64,000 nt of DNA, from the NCBI GenBank assembly GCA_965652295.1, contig CBFGTS010000004.1, forward strand, positions 32,001 through 96,000. The letters are read 5' to 3'. Position 1 is the first letter of the stretch; every line of letters starts with the position of its first letter. The translations under genes were made by a program, and so were the position numbers. The DNA is from an uncultured Haloferula sp. (GTDB taxonomy: Bacteria; Verrucomicrobiota; Verrucomicrobiia; Verrucomicrobiales; Akkermansiaceae). Below, in pieces: positions 37,476 through 46,456 of this stretch. Under the pieces are notes generated by a model, which did not search any database, had not been told where the DNA came from, and worked only from the letters and a program-made list of their open reading frames with translations.

Positions 37476-38599
37476 GGAGAAACCGAGTTGGCTGATAGGC
37501 TCAGATGCAGCCTTGCGATCACATCCTCCATTTCCGGCAGGCGCTTTTCGATGGCGCTGACGAGGGCGAACTGGGCGCGGCAGCGGTCGAGATTGTGGCC
37601 GGGGCGGTGGGTTTTGAAATAGCGGTCGCCGTCGAGGAAATCGGTCAGAAAACGGATGCCGCATTCCAAGGCGAGAAGCTTGCCGGAGAAGGCGAGGTGG
37701 TCGATTTCCTCCGGGAGCAGAAACGAGGAAGCCGTGGCCAGATAACCACGGGTGAGCGCCTCGAAGCGGTTCATGCGAAGGTCGATGCGCGCGAGTTCGG
37801 CCTCGTCCTCACGGGTGGTCGGGCAGGTGGTGCGGACCATGTCGCCGAAGTCGTACAGCACCGAGCCGGGCATGGTGGTGTCGAGGTCGATCACGCAAAT
37901 CCCTTCCGCCGTGACTTCATCCAGGAGGACGTTTCCGAGCTTGGTGTCATTGTGGGTGACGCGTTCGGGGATCCGCCCGGCGGCGATGAGGTCGGTGATG
38001 ACCCGGCAATCCGCCTCGCGCGCGACCGCGAAGTCGAGCTCGGCTCCTACTTTTGCCAGTCGGCCGGGCTCCGCATTCGCTGCGGCTTCCCTCAGCGCAG
38101 CCAGACGCTTCGGCGTGTGGTGGAAGTCGGGGATGGTCTCCCGCAGGCGTTCGCCGCCGAGATCAGCGGCCAATTTCTGGAATTCGCCAAAAGCTTTGGC
38201 GGCCTCCTCCGCCTGGCGCAGGTTCTCGATTTCGTCATAGCCTCGCGCACCCTCGATGAAGGGGAAGGTCCGCCAATACCGCCCTTCGGCATCGATCGCC
38301 CACGGTCGGCCTTCCGCGGAGGGCACAAGAACCAGGGTCCGCCGGTGGGCTTCGGGATGGCCTTCATCAAGGAGCCGGGCGAGGGAGTGGCGGGTGACCC
38401 GGTCGATGTTCTCCATGAGCCCCTCCGGGTCTTGGAAGACGTGCGAGTTGATCCGCTGGTGGATGAAGCGGACCTCGCGACCGGATTGGTTGTAGGTGGC
38501 GCAGAAGGTGTCGTTGATGTGACCGGAACCATACGGACGGGCTTCGATGAAATCCGCGCGCATGTCGAAAAGGCCGGCGATCGCTTGCAAGTCCTGCAC
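37472..38599 (-). CDS. APH-family phosphotransferase, N-acetylhexosamine-1-kinase-like
   Basis: GSGHINDT, QRIN..VF, ETIPDFH, THNDTKLGN, VIDLDT, YDFGD, RFLTDFLDGD.YFK. Confidence 0.8.
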   Translation of the reverse strand: MQDLQAIAGLFDMRADFIEARPYGSGHINDTFCATYNQSGREVRFIHQRINSHVFQDPEGLMENIDRVTRHSLARLLDEGHPEAHRRTLVLVPSAEGRPWAIDAEGRYWRTFPFIEGARGYDEIENLRQAEEAAKAFGEFQKLAADLGGERLRETIPDFHHTPKRLAALREAAANAEPGRLAKVGAELDFAVAREADCRVITDLIAAGRIPERVTHNDTKLGNVLLDEVTAEGICVIDLDTTMPGSVLYDFGDMVRTTCPTTREDEAELARIDLRMNRFEALTRGYLATASSFLLPEEIDHLAFSGKLLALECGIRFLTDFLDGDRYFKTHRPGHNLDRCRAQFALVSAIEKRLPEMEDVIARLHLSLSANSVSP

Positions 38600-38705
38600 G
38601 GCCCGGATCGTCGGCCGGAGACGCGGGAGATCACAAGAGAAACCGAGCGGCCGGGTGGGGGTGTTTTCGATTGCTTCCCGCCGCCGGGCGCGGGAATTTT
38701 CACGG

Positions 38706-39371
38706 ATGTTTCTGAAAGGCTTCCGAGATCTGGTGAAAGCGTCCTGGGTGAAAATCCTGGAGGAGTTGAAATACTCCGGCGGGCTGCCGGTGCCGGAGTT
38801 GCAGCGGCGGCTTGGGGGCAGCTACATGGGCATCAAGGACCAGTGCGAGGCATTGAAGGCCCGCGGCTATCTGGAAACGTGGCGGGTGCCCCGGACCGAG
38901 GTCGGACGCCCGGAAATCATGTACCGGCTGGCGCTGAAGGCGGACGGTCTTTTTCCCCAAGCGGGCACGGAAGTGTCGATGGATCTTCTTGATGCCGCCC
39001 GGAAGATCTATGGGGACACCGCTCCGGAGCGGCTGTTGCTCCAGTATTTCGAGAATTTGAGGGAAAGCTGGCAGCCACGGCTGAGCCGGGCGAAATCCCT
39101 GGTGGAAAAGGCCACGATCCTTTCCTCCCTGCGGGAAAAAACCGGCTGCTTCAGCCGCTGCAAGTACGATGCCGACCGGGGTTTCCGAATCGAGGAATAC
39201 CATCATCCGCTCCACGAAATCCATCAGGCGTATCCCAATGCCATCCAGTTCGAGCTGCGGATGATGGAGGAGCTTCTCGGAAGCCGCGTGGTGCGCCGCG
39301 AGATTCCCGGCGGCCGCGGCGGACCGGCGAGGGTGGACTACGAAGTGGCGACGCTGGGAGTCCGTGAATAA
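38706..39371 (+). CDS. Winged-helix transcriptional regulator, SufR-like
   Basis: N-terminal HTH, VGRP...Y.L...A..LFP, C-terminal effector domain. Confidence 0.75.
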   Translation: MFLKGFRDLVKASWVKILEELKYSGGLPVPELQRRLGGSYMGIKDQCEALKARGYLETWRVPRTEVGRPEIMYRLALKADGLFPQAGTEVSMDLLDAARKIYGDTAPERLLLQYFENLRESWQPRLSRAKSLVEKATILSSLREKTGCFSRCKYDADRGFRIEEYHHPLHEIHQAYPNAIQFELRMMEELLGSRVVRREIPGGRGGPARVDYEVATLGVRE

Positions 39372-39415
39372 AGTGATCCTTCCCCGGGTCTGACGAACCG
39401 AACCTTGTTCCGCCT

Positions 39416-41959
39416 ATGAAACATCCGATTTTTCCCATCCTCGCCGGAGCGCTGCTGCTCGGAAGTTGCGAGCGCCCTGCCGAGCAGGCTGATTCGACCG
39501 CCGGTTCCGAAGCGATGGTTGCCGCATTGGAGGAAGCACGCGATGCGCTGGAAGCCGAGCGACGGCAGCTGGAGGCGGAGCGGCAGGCGCTGGAGGATAC
39601 CCAATCGATCGATGAAGCCGCCCTGGCCGATGTGGAGCCCGTGGAATCCGTCCCCGTGGCGGTGACCGCCGATGAGGACGATCCCGAAGCCCAGCGTGAG
39701 ATGCTCGAAGCCTGGGAGGACGAGTTGACCGCCCGCGAGAAGGAGCTCGCTGGGCAACAAGCGCTGGAAGCCGAGATTGAGCCCGTTCCTGAAACCTACG
39801 ATGAGCCGGTGGCGGACTACGGTCTCTTCTACGATTCCCTGGATGACCACGGCGATTGGTTCGAAACGCCGGACTATGGTTACATTTTCCAACCCCGGGT
39901 CGTGGTGCAGGACCGCAGCTGGCGTCCCTATACCCGTGGCCGCTGGGTTTGCAGCGATCGCGGATGGCTTTGGGTTTCCGAGGAACCCTTTGGTTGGGCC
40001 ACCTACCACTATGGTCGCTGGGTGCTCCTCGCGGGGAGAGGCTGGTGCTGGGTGCCGGGCGGTGAATGGGCACCGGCCTGGGTGGCATGGCGTCATGGCG
40101 GCGGCCACGTCGGCTGGGCACCGCTGCCTCCGGAAACCTTGAGCGTCAGCGGCCATGGCTGGGGCGTAAGCGTGGAGGTCGATTTCGGGATTTCCGAGGT
40201 CTGGTTCACCTTTGTCGAGGAGCGCTACATCGCTGCTCCGATCTGGCGGCATTGTCTTCCGGTCGGGCACTACCGCCGGTTCTGGAACAAGGCCCGGCCG
40301 TGCACGAATCTCTACTATTTGCGCGGTCGTCCGATGGCATGCGGTCCGAGCTATGCGGCTCTTCGTCCCCATGTCCGGGGGGCTTGGCCGGTGCGTCGCA
40401 TCGAGATCGATCCGGTCGTCGGCATTCGCCGTCCCGGCATGCGTATGCCTCACCAGCAAGGGCGGGCGGTCCGCGTCTTCGCGCCCACGCTGGACGCGAG
40501 GTGGAATCCTGCCATCCGGCCTTCGAACGTTGCCAGCAGGCTGAAGGATATCCGCGTGGAACGGGCCGTGGGCGGCGTGAATCGCGAATGGAGAGAGCGC
40601 TTCCAAGACCGCCGTCGTGAGCGGGAACAAGCCCAGCAGCAATGGGCAGGCAAATTCAATCAGGTGCGCCAGAAGGAACTCCGGGAGAACCGGCTCGCCG
40701 CGGTGAAGGGCCGGAACAGGCAGATCAATGAGCGGCTGAATCGCTGGAAAGCGGCCCAGGCGGGCACACCATCCGGACGGGATCCGCGGCAGGAAAGGCC
40801 GGAAGCGAGGCCGCAAACGGGTCGGGTCGACGGCGTCGAGACCCAGCGGAATCGTCAACCCGACATGGTCGAACCGGCTCGACCCACGCGACCCTCCGGC
40901 CCCACGAATCCAGCTGCTGATAGGCTGCGGGCGGCGCAGCAAGCCCAGGCGGAAAAGCTTCGTCAGCAGCAGGAAAAGCTGCGTCAAGCTAACCCGCGGA
41001 ACCGCACGTCGGAGCCTCGCCCTCAAGATGTTCAGCGACAGCAACGAGATCGCTCGGCCGCTGAAGAGCGGGGCCGGCCACAGCGGGATCCGCGCCGCGC
41101 TAATCAGGAGCGGATGCAGAATCCGCAGGAGAACGCCCGTCGCGCCGCGCAGGAAAAGATCCGCCAAGCCCAAGAGCAGCAACGTCGCGGAAATGAACAG
41201 CGCCAAGCGCAGGAGAATACCCGCCGTGCCGCGCAGGAGAAAGCCCGGGAGGCTCAAGAGCAGCAGCGTCGCGGAAGTGGACAAGGCCAAGCGCAGGAGA
41301 ACGCCCGTCGTGCCGCGCAGGAAAAAATGCGCGAGGCCCAAGAACAGCAGCGTCGCGGGAATGAACAGCGCCAAGCACAGGAGAATGCTCGTCGTGCCGC
41401 GCAGGAAAAAATGCGCGAGGCCCAAGAACAGCAGCGTCGCGGGAATGAACAGCGCCAGGCACAGGAGAATGCTCGTCGTGCCGCGCAGGAGAAGGCCCGT
41501 GAAGCTCAAGAGCAGCAACGTCGCGGGAATGAGCAGCGCCAGGCACAGGAGAACGCCCGCCGCGCCGCGCAGGAGAGAGCCCGGGAGGCTCAAGAGCAGC
41601 AACGTCGGGCTAACGAGCAGCGCCAGGCACAGGAGAACGCTCGTCGTGCCGCGCAGGAGAGAGCCCGGGAGGTTCAAGAACAGCAGCGCCGCGCCAATGA
41701 GCAGCGCCAGGCACAGGAGAATGCTCGCCGTGCCGCTCAGGAACAGGCTCGCCGAGCACAGGAGCAGCAACGTCGGGCAAGCGAACAACGCGAACAGCAA
41801 GAACGGCAGCAACGTGCGAATCAGGAACGGATGCGGCAGCAGCAGGAACGTGCCCGCCAGCAGCAGGACCAGGCACGGCAGTCCGGACGGGAGCGACAAA
41901 GGCAACAGCAGGAACGAGTGCGCGAGCTTCAGGAGCAGAGAAACCGCCGGGGGCGCTGA
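39416..41959 (+). CDS. DUF6600-type lipoprotein with Trp/Gly-rich domain and long Q/E/R repeat tail
   Basis: Lipobox LLGSC; FYDSL..HGDW, WRPYTRGRW, GWLWVS.EPFGWATYHYGRW, WAPAWV, VGWAPLPP. Confidence 0.82.
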   Translation: MKHPIFPILAGALLLGSCERPAEQADSTAGSEAMVAALEEARDALEAERRQLEAERQALEDTQSIDEAALADVEPVESVPVAVTADEDDPEAQREMLEAWEDELTAREKELAGQQALEAEIEPVPETYDEPVADYGLFYDSLDDHGDWFETPDYGYIFQPRVVVQDRSWRPYTRGRWVCSDRGWLWVSEEPFGWATYHYGRWVLLAGRGWCWVPGGEWAPAWVAWRHGGGHVGWAPLPPETLSVSGHGWGVSVEVDFGISEVWFTFVEERYIAAPIWRHCLPVGHYRRFWNKARPCTNLYYLRGRPMACGPSYAALRPHVRGAWPVRRIEIDPVVGIRRPGMRMPHQQGRAVRVFAPTLDARWNPAIRPSNVASRLKDIRVERAVGGVNREWRERFQDRRREREQAQQQWAGKFNQVRQKELRENRLAAVKGRNRQINERLNRWKAAQAGTPSGRDPRQERPEARPQTGRVDGVETQRNRQPDMVEPARPTRPSGPTNPAADRLRAAQQAQAEKLRQQQEKLRQANPRNRTSEPRPQDVQRQQRDRSAAEERGRPQRDPRRANQERMQNPQENARRAAQEKIRQAQEQQRRGNEQRQAQENTRRAAQEKAREAQEQQRRGSGQGQAQENARRAAQEKMREAQEQQRRGNEQRQAQENARRAAQEKMREAQEQQRRGNEQRQAQENARRAAQEKAREAQEQQRRGNEQRQAQENARRAAQERAREAQEQQRRANEQRQAQENARRAAQERAREVQEQQRRANEQRQAQENARRAAQEQARRAQEQQRRASEQREQQERQQRANQERMRQQQERARQQQDQARQSGRERQRQQQERVRELQEQRNRRGR
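41126..41797 (+). repeat. Intragenic tandem repeat, about 8 x 84 bp (28 aa)
   Basis: Units of QENARRAAQEK(A/M)REAQEQQRRGNEQRQA starting at 41126, 41210 and so on. Confidence 0.93.
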
Positions 41960-42000
41960 CGCTCTTGCATCGGGCCGCCGGGCGGTGAAGGCTCGGCGGC

Positions 42001-42480
42001 ATGAAACCTGAAGTCGGTCAGCCCGCCCCGGATTTCGGAGGCCTATTGGTCTATCCCGATGGCGCGGCCCGCAAGATCCACAACTCCGATTTCCGCGGGC
42101 GACGGGTGGCGCTCGTGTTCTACCCGAAGGACTCCACGCCGGGCTGCACCACCCAGGCCTGCGACTTGAGGGACGGCTGGGCGGATCTGAAGGATCGGGT
42201 GGAGGTCATCGGCGTGAGCATCGACTCCGACAAGAGCCACCGGAAGTTCATCGAAAAGCAGGCGCTGCCTTATCCTTTGCTCGTCGATGAAGACCGGCGG
42301 GTCGTCGAGGCTTACGGCGTGTGGGTGGAAAAGTCGATGTATGGCCGCAAATACATGGGCACCGAGCGCACCACTTTCCTGATCGGCTCGGATGGCAGGA
42401 TCGAGGCGGTGCTGGAAAAGGTGAAGCCGAAGGAGCACTTGGCGCTTCTGCTGGCTGCGGTGGGTGAGGCGGAGGGGTAG
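42001..42480 (+). CDS. bcp: Peroxiredoxin Bcp/PrxQ
   Basis: FYPKDSTPGCTTQAC, YGVWVEKSMYG, ERTTFLI. Confidence 0.93.
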   Translation: MKPEVGQPAPDFGGLLVYPDGAARKIHNSDFRGRRVALVFYPKDSTPGCTTQACDLRDGWADLKDRVEVIGVSIDSDKSHRKFIEKQALPYPLLVDEDRRVVEAYGVWVEKSMYGRKYMGTERTTFLIGSDGRIEAVLEKVKPKEHLALLLAAVGEAEG

Positions 42481-42514
42481 AGAGACTGCCGGTTGCGGGA
42501 GGGTGAAACACCTC

Positions 42515-43180
42515 CTATTCCGGGAACTCGAAGCGAGTGAGCAGATCCCGGATGACCTTCGCCGAGGAGGTCATGCCGGCGTGAAGAAGGACCGGCACCT
42601 CGACGTTGACCGCGCGCTCCCAGAGGGAGCTGGTGGAAGGAACGATGATGAGATCCATCGGCGTGCGGTAGGAAAGGATCGGCATGCCTCCGAGGCGGCT
42701 TTGGCCGGACTCGAGCTCGTTGAGAAACACGCTGCCGGGCCTCATTTCGGCGGCACCCTTGCCGTAGTGGAGGAATGCGGTGCGGGTGCCGTGGTGGGGG
42801 GTGGAGAGGGTGACGAGGGCATCGCAGCGGGAGGCTCCTCCGAGGTCCTGCAGATAGCTGCGCGCGACCAAGCCGCCCATGCTGAAGGCGACGACGACGA
42901 AGCGCGAATCCTGCGGGAGGTGGTGTTCGATTTCCTCTTGCAGCTGGAGGGCCATGATTTCGAGCCCGTCGCGGCCGTCGGCCGGTTTCAAGCTGGGCGA
43001 AATGCATCTCACGCCACGGGCTTCAAGGCTGCGGCGCAGCCTGCCGAAGGAGGTGGTCTCGTTCTGCCAAATGCCGTGGACGAGCACGACGTGTTCCGCC
43101 CTGACCGGCTGCCAAACGGGGGCGGCCGGGGCGGCATGAAGCACGCCGCAGAGGGCGAGGTAGAGAAAAATTCGGATCAT
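42515..43180 (-). CDS. Secreted alpha/beta hydrolase (lipase/esterase)
   Basis: Signal peptide, VLVHGI, AFSMGG nucleophile elbow, TLSTPHHGT. Confidence 0.85.
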   Translation of the reverse strand: MIRIFLYLALCGVLHAAPAAPVWQPVRAEHVVLVHGIWQNETTSFGRLRRSLEARGVRCISPSLKPADGRDGLEIMALQLQEEIEHHLPQDSRFVVVAFSMGGLVARSYLQDLGGASRCDALVTLSTPHHGTRTAFLHYGKGAAEMRPGSVFLNELESGQSRLGGMPILSYRTPMDLIIVPSTSSLWERAVNVEVPVLLHAGMTSSAKVIRDLLTRFEFPE

Positions 43181-43185
43181 GCCGT

Positions 43186-43533
43186 CTAACCGGGTGGCCA
43201 TGTCATCGAGCGCCCGGCGAGGACGTGGATATGGAGATGGGGAACGGCTTCACCGCCATCGGGGCCGTTGTTGATCACGATTCTGAAACCGTTTTCCACG
43301 AAGCCTTCTTTCCGCGCGATTTCGCCGGCGATGAGCAGCATATGGCCCAGTACCGCCTGATCGTCGATGGTGGCCTCGGCCACGCGGGGGATGGTCTTCT
43401 TCGGAACGATCAGGAGATGGGTGGGTGCCTGCGGGTCGATGTCGCGGAAGGCGAGACATTGCCCGTCTTCGTGGACGATGTTGGCCGGGATCTCGCGGTC
43501 GCGGATTTTCTCGAAAAGCGTCTTTTCCGCCAT
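43186..43533 (-). CDS. hinT: Histidine triad nucleotide-binding protein
   Basis: AFRDIDPQAPTHLLIVPK, VPHLHIHVLAGR...WPPG. Confidence 0.95.
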   Translation of the reverse strand: MAEKTLFEKIRDREIPANIVHEDGQCLAFRDIDPQAPTHLLIVPKKTIPRVAEATIDDQAVLGHMLLIAGEIARKEGFVENGFRIVINNGPDGGEAVPHLHIHVLAGRSMTWPPG

Positions 43534-43577
43534 GGCCGGAGACTGCCATGAGGCCCGGACCGGTGCAAGCGGGGGAG

Positions 43578-44153
43578 CTATTCGATCCGCTCGCCTTCGA
43601 GATGGCAGGCAATGCGGGCGGCTCCCTGCCGTTCGCGTTCCTGAAGGCGAAGGAAGGCGCGGACGTCGGCCAGCAGCGTCTCGCAGCGCTTGTCCCAATC
43701 CGGGGCATTGCAAAGGTGCAGAACCGATTCGCGGAGGTGGATGAAACGGACTTCCTCAGCGCCGACGTGCCGGAGGGCGTCGAGTTCCTCGCGGAGCCGC
43801 GTGAAGAAGGCGAGTTCGAAGCCTTGGCCGGCTTCGCGGGCAAGCGACTCCAGGCTCAGGGTCACCGGCGGAGCGAGCGGCTCGAGCTTTTCGGCGATCA
43901 GCTGACAGCCGATGGTTTCCAGCATGCGGCGCAAACGGTCGAACAGGTCCTGGATGGGCAGGAGCTGCAGGGAGCAGCGGGTTTCGAGGTAGTGCTCGAT
44001 GCCCTGCTGGATCTCGTCGAGGCAGGGGAAATCCTCGCGGTCGGCGGCGCGGGCGGCGCGGCGGAGGGCGTCACCGAGCCAGCCGGTATCGTAGTCGTGG
44101 ACCTGATGGCGGCCGACTTGGATGACGGGGCGGTTGCCTAGGATGGCGATCAC
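43578..44153 (-). CDS. Hypothetical protein downstream of nrdR
   Basis: Fills the gap between nrdR and hinT on the same strand; protein-like composition. Confidence 0.7.
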   Translation of the reverse strand: MIAILGNRPVIQVGRHQVHDYDTGWLGDALRRAARAADREDFPCLDEIQQGIEHYLETRCSLQLLPIQDLFDRLRRMLETIGCQLIAEKLEPLAPPVTLSLESLAREAGQGFELAFFTRLREELDALRHVGAEEVRFIHLRESVLHLCNAPDWDKRCETLLADVRAFLRLQERERQGAARIACHLEGERIE

Positions 44154-44226
44154 TCGGGATTGTCGGAAGTGGAGGTGGGGCGGGGGAGAAGCGGAGCAGG
44201 TGAGGGTGATGGGCGGGGGGAGTGGG

Positions 44227-44712
44227 CTAGAAAAGTCGCCGCTGCATCGGATCGCGGGCCGCGCGACGCTCGAGCGCTTGAATTTCGCGGATGAACTCGC
44301 CGACGTCCTCGAACTGCCGGTAGACCGAGACGTAGCGGACGTAGGCGACGGGATCGATCTGGTGCAGCTTGTCCATGACTTTGGCTCCGATGTTCGAGGA
44401 CGGCACCTCGGCGACGTGGTCGCGATGGAGTTCGGAAAGGATCTCCTCCACGGCCCGGTCGATTCGGTCCATCGACACCGGGCGTTTCTCGCAAGCTTTG
44501 ATCAGGCCGCTGCGGATTTTTTCGCGGTTGATGGCTTCCTTGGTGCCATCGCGCTTGGCGACCCGCAGCTCGGTGCGCTCGATCGTCTCGTAAGTCGTGT
44601 AGCGATAGCTGCACGCCAGGCATTCCCGGCGTCGGCGGATCGAGGTCCCGTCCTTGGTCATCCGGGAATCGAGCACCTTGTCCTTGAGAGAGCCGCATTG
44701 GACGCAACGCAT
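44227..44712 (-). CDS. nrdR: Transcriptional repressor NrdR
   Basis: MRCVQCG..KDKVLDSR, IRRRREC..C..RYTTYE, ACEKRP, VAYVRYVSVY. Confidence 0.96.
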   Translation of the reverse strand: MRCVQCGSLKDKVLDSRMTKDGTSIRRRRECLACSYRYTTYETIERTELRVAKRDGTKEAINREKIRSGLIKACEKRPVSMDRIDRAVEEILSELHRDHVAEVPSSNIGAKVMDKLHQIDPVAYVRYVSVYRQFEDVGEFIREIQALERRAARDPMQRRLF

Positions 44713-44880
44713 GGTTTGGAAGAGCGATGACGGGGACGCTATCGCAACATACGGTATCGCGTGAAGCAAAATGCTAGCTTATTTGGTGGTCGAGGGTGGA
44801 TGATGAGCTTGCGCGTAATGGCTTTTTTCAAAATCCGGAGAAAGAGGGGGGAGGCGCCGGCAAAAGTTTGGAGCGGGCAC

Positions 44881-44909
44881 AAAAAAGCCGGCGAAAGACA
44901 TCGCCGGCT
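44881..44909 (-). terminator. Intrinsic terminator downstream of sdhB
   Basis: AGCCGGCGA-AAGACA-TCGCCGGCT followed by a T run on the minus strand. Confidence 0.8.
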
Positions 44910-44940
44910 CTTGGAGTGAGAGAAAAACGCGCAGCGCTGC

Positions 44941-45708
44941 TCAAGCGGAGGCGAACTGCTCCTTGAGCATCGCCACGCCGTAGTCGCGGTTGAGCCGCGC
45001 GATGTGATCGACGCTGATCTCCTTGGGGCAGGCGGCTTCGCACTCGTATTGGTTGGTGCAGCCGCCGAATCCTTCCTCGTCCATCTGGCGGACCATGGCC
45101 AGCGCCCGGCGTTGGCGCTCGGGCTGCCCCTGGGGCAGGTGGCCGAGGTGGGAAACCTTGGCGGCGGTGAAAAGCATGGCGGAGGCGTTTTTGCAGGCCG
45201 CCACACAGGCACCGCAACCGATGCAGGCGGCAGCGGAGAAGGCGGCATCCGCATCGTCCTTGGGAACCGGAACGGCATGGGCATCGGGAGCCCCACCGGT
45301 CCGAACGGAAATGAACCCGCCTGCCTGCTGGATGCGGTCGAGCGAGTTGCGGTCGGTGACGAGGTCTTTGATGACCGGGAAAGCGCGGGAGCGGAACGGT
45401 TCGATCCAGATGGTGTCGCCGCTGCGGAACTTTCGCATGTGAAGCTGGCAGGTGGTGATGCCGCGGTCCTTGCCGTGTGGGATGCCGTTGATGGTCAGCG
45501 AGCACATGCCGCAGATGCCCTCGCGGCAGTCGTGGTCGAAATGGATCGGCTCCTGCTCCTGGTCGACGAGTCGCTCGTTGACGATATCGAGCATTTCAAG
45601 GAACGAGGCCTCTTCGGGAATGTCCCTGGCGTCGTAGGTTTCGATTTTTCCGGCGGTATTGGGTCCGGCCTGACGCCAGACCTTGAGGGTGAGTTGAAGC
45701 TTCGCCAT
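44941..45708 (-). CDS. sdhB: Succinate dehydrogenase/fumarate reductase iron-sulfur subunit
   Basis: [37 protein letters not shown]. Confidence 0.95.
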   Translation of the reverse strand: MAKLQLTLKVWRQAGPNTAGKIETYDARDIPEEASFLEMLDIVNERLVDQEQEPIHFDHDCREGICGMCSLTINGIPHGKDRGITTCQLHMRKFRSGDTIWIEPFRSRAFPVIKDLVTDRNSLDRIQQAGGFISVRTGGAPDAHAVPVPKDDADAAFSAAACIGCGACVAACKNASAMLFTAAKVSHLGHLPQGQPERQRRALAMVRQMDEEGFGGCTNQYECEAACPKEISVDHIARLNRDYGVAMLKEQFASA

Positions 45709-45873
45709 GGTCGCAAAAGTCGCTGGGGCCAATCTAGGGAACGGGAAAGGGTCCGCCAGCCAAAAGCATGGGTGCAGGCCGCATGGCTTGCGTTTTGGTG
45801 TGCAGATCGGATGGAGAGGAACTTTCCGGGAATGCCGTTTGCCAACCGGAGGCCGGGGCGGTAGGGGACGGGC

Positions 45874-46305
45874 ATGTCGATGCTAGCTGATGACTCCGCC
45901 GTGATGACCAAGGTCCGCGAACTTTGCGCGGCGATTGCCGAGGATACCCGTTTCCAATCGCTCCAAGGCGATGTGGAAAAGTTCATGGACGATGAACAGG
46001 CGACGCTGATGTACCGCGGCGTGCATGAGCGGGGCAGCGAGCTGCACCAGAAGCAGCACGCAGGCGTGGAGCTGAGCGACTCCGAGATCCGCGAGTTCGA
46101 ATCGGCTCGTGAGCAGCTTTTGTCGAACTCGGTGGCACGCGGTTTCATGGATGCACAGGGCGAGCTGGAGACGCTCCAGCGCTCGATCATGAAGTACGTG
46201 AACATGACCATGGAGCTGGGCCATGTGCCTTCGAACGAGGAGATCGCCGCTGCGGAAGGCGGTGGCTGCTGCGGTGGTGGTGGAGGCGGCGGCTGCGGCT
46301 GTTGA
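45874..46305 (+). CDS. YlbF/YmcA-family protein with Cys/Gly-rich tail
   Basis: ELCAAIAE...F, helical Q/E-rich core, C-terminal GCCGGGGGGGCGC. Confidence 0.8.
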   Translation: MSMLADDSAVMTKVRELCAAIAEDTRFQSLQGDVEKFMDDEQATLMYRGVHERGSELHQKQHAGVELSDSEIREFESAREQLLSNSVARGFMDAQGELETLQRSIMKYVNMTMELGHVPSNEEIAAAEGGGCCGGGGGGGCGC

Positions 46306-46326
46306 TCTCGGGATAAGCACTTGGCA

Positions 46327-46437
46327 GTGGCACGACCGTCCCGGTCGTGAACGCCGGTGCGGTTCGCGCCGTCAGATTTTTCGCGCCCGGCGGGCTTGAA
46401 GCGTCTCGGTCTTTCACGACCGGGACGGTCGTGCCAC
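46327..46437. repeat. Perfect inverted pair of REP-like palindromes, family A
   Basis: GTGGCACGACCGTCCCGGTCGTGAA (46327-46351) and its exact reverse complement (46413-46437), 61-bp spacer. Confidence 0.9.
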
Positions 46438-46456
46438 GGGCAAGGTGGGCGGGGTT

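Noticed and set aside
41126..41797. 84-bp periodicity as a CRISPR or non-coding array
   Set aside because: In-frame coding repeat with largely synonymous variation and no unique spacers.
39338..41905. 855-aa Leu-rich minus-strand ORF
   Set aside because: Antisense shadow of the Q/E/R repeat lipoprotein; the plus-strand frame has the lipobox and family motifs.
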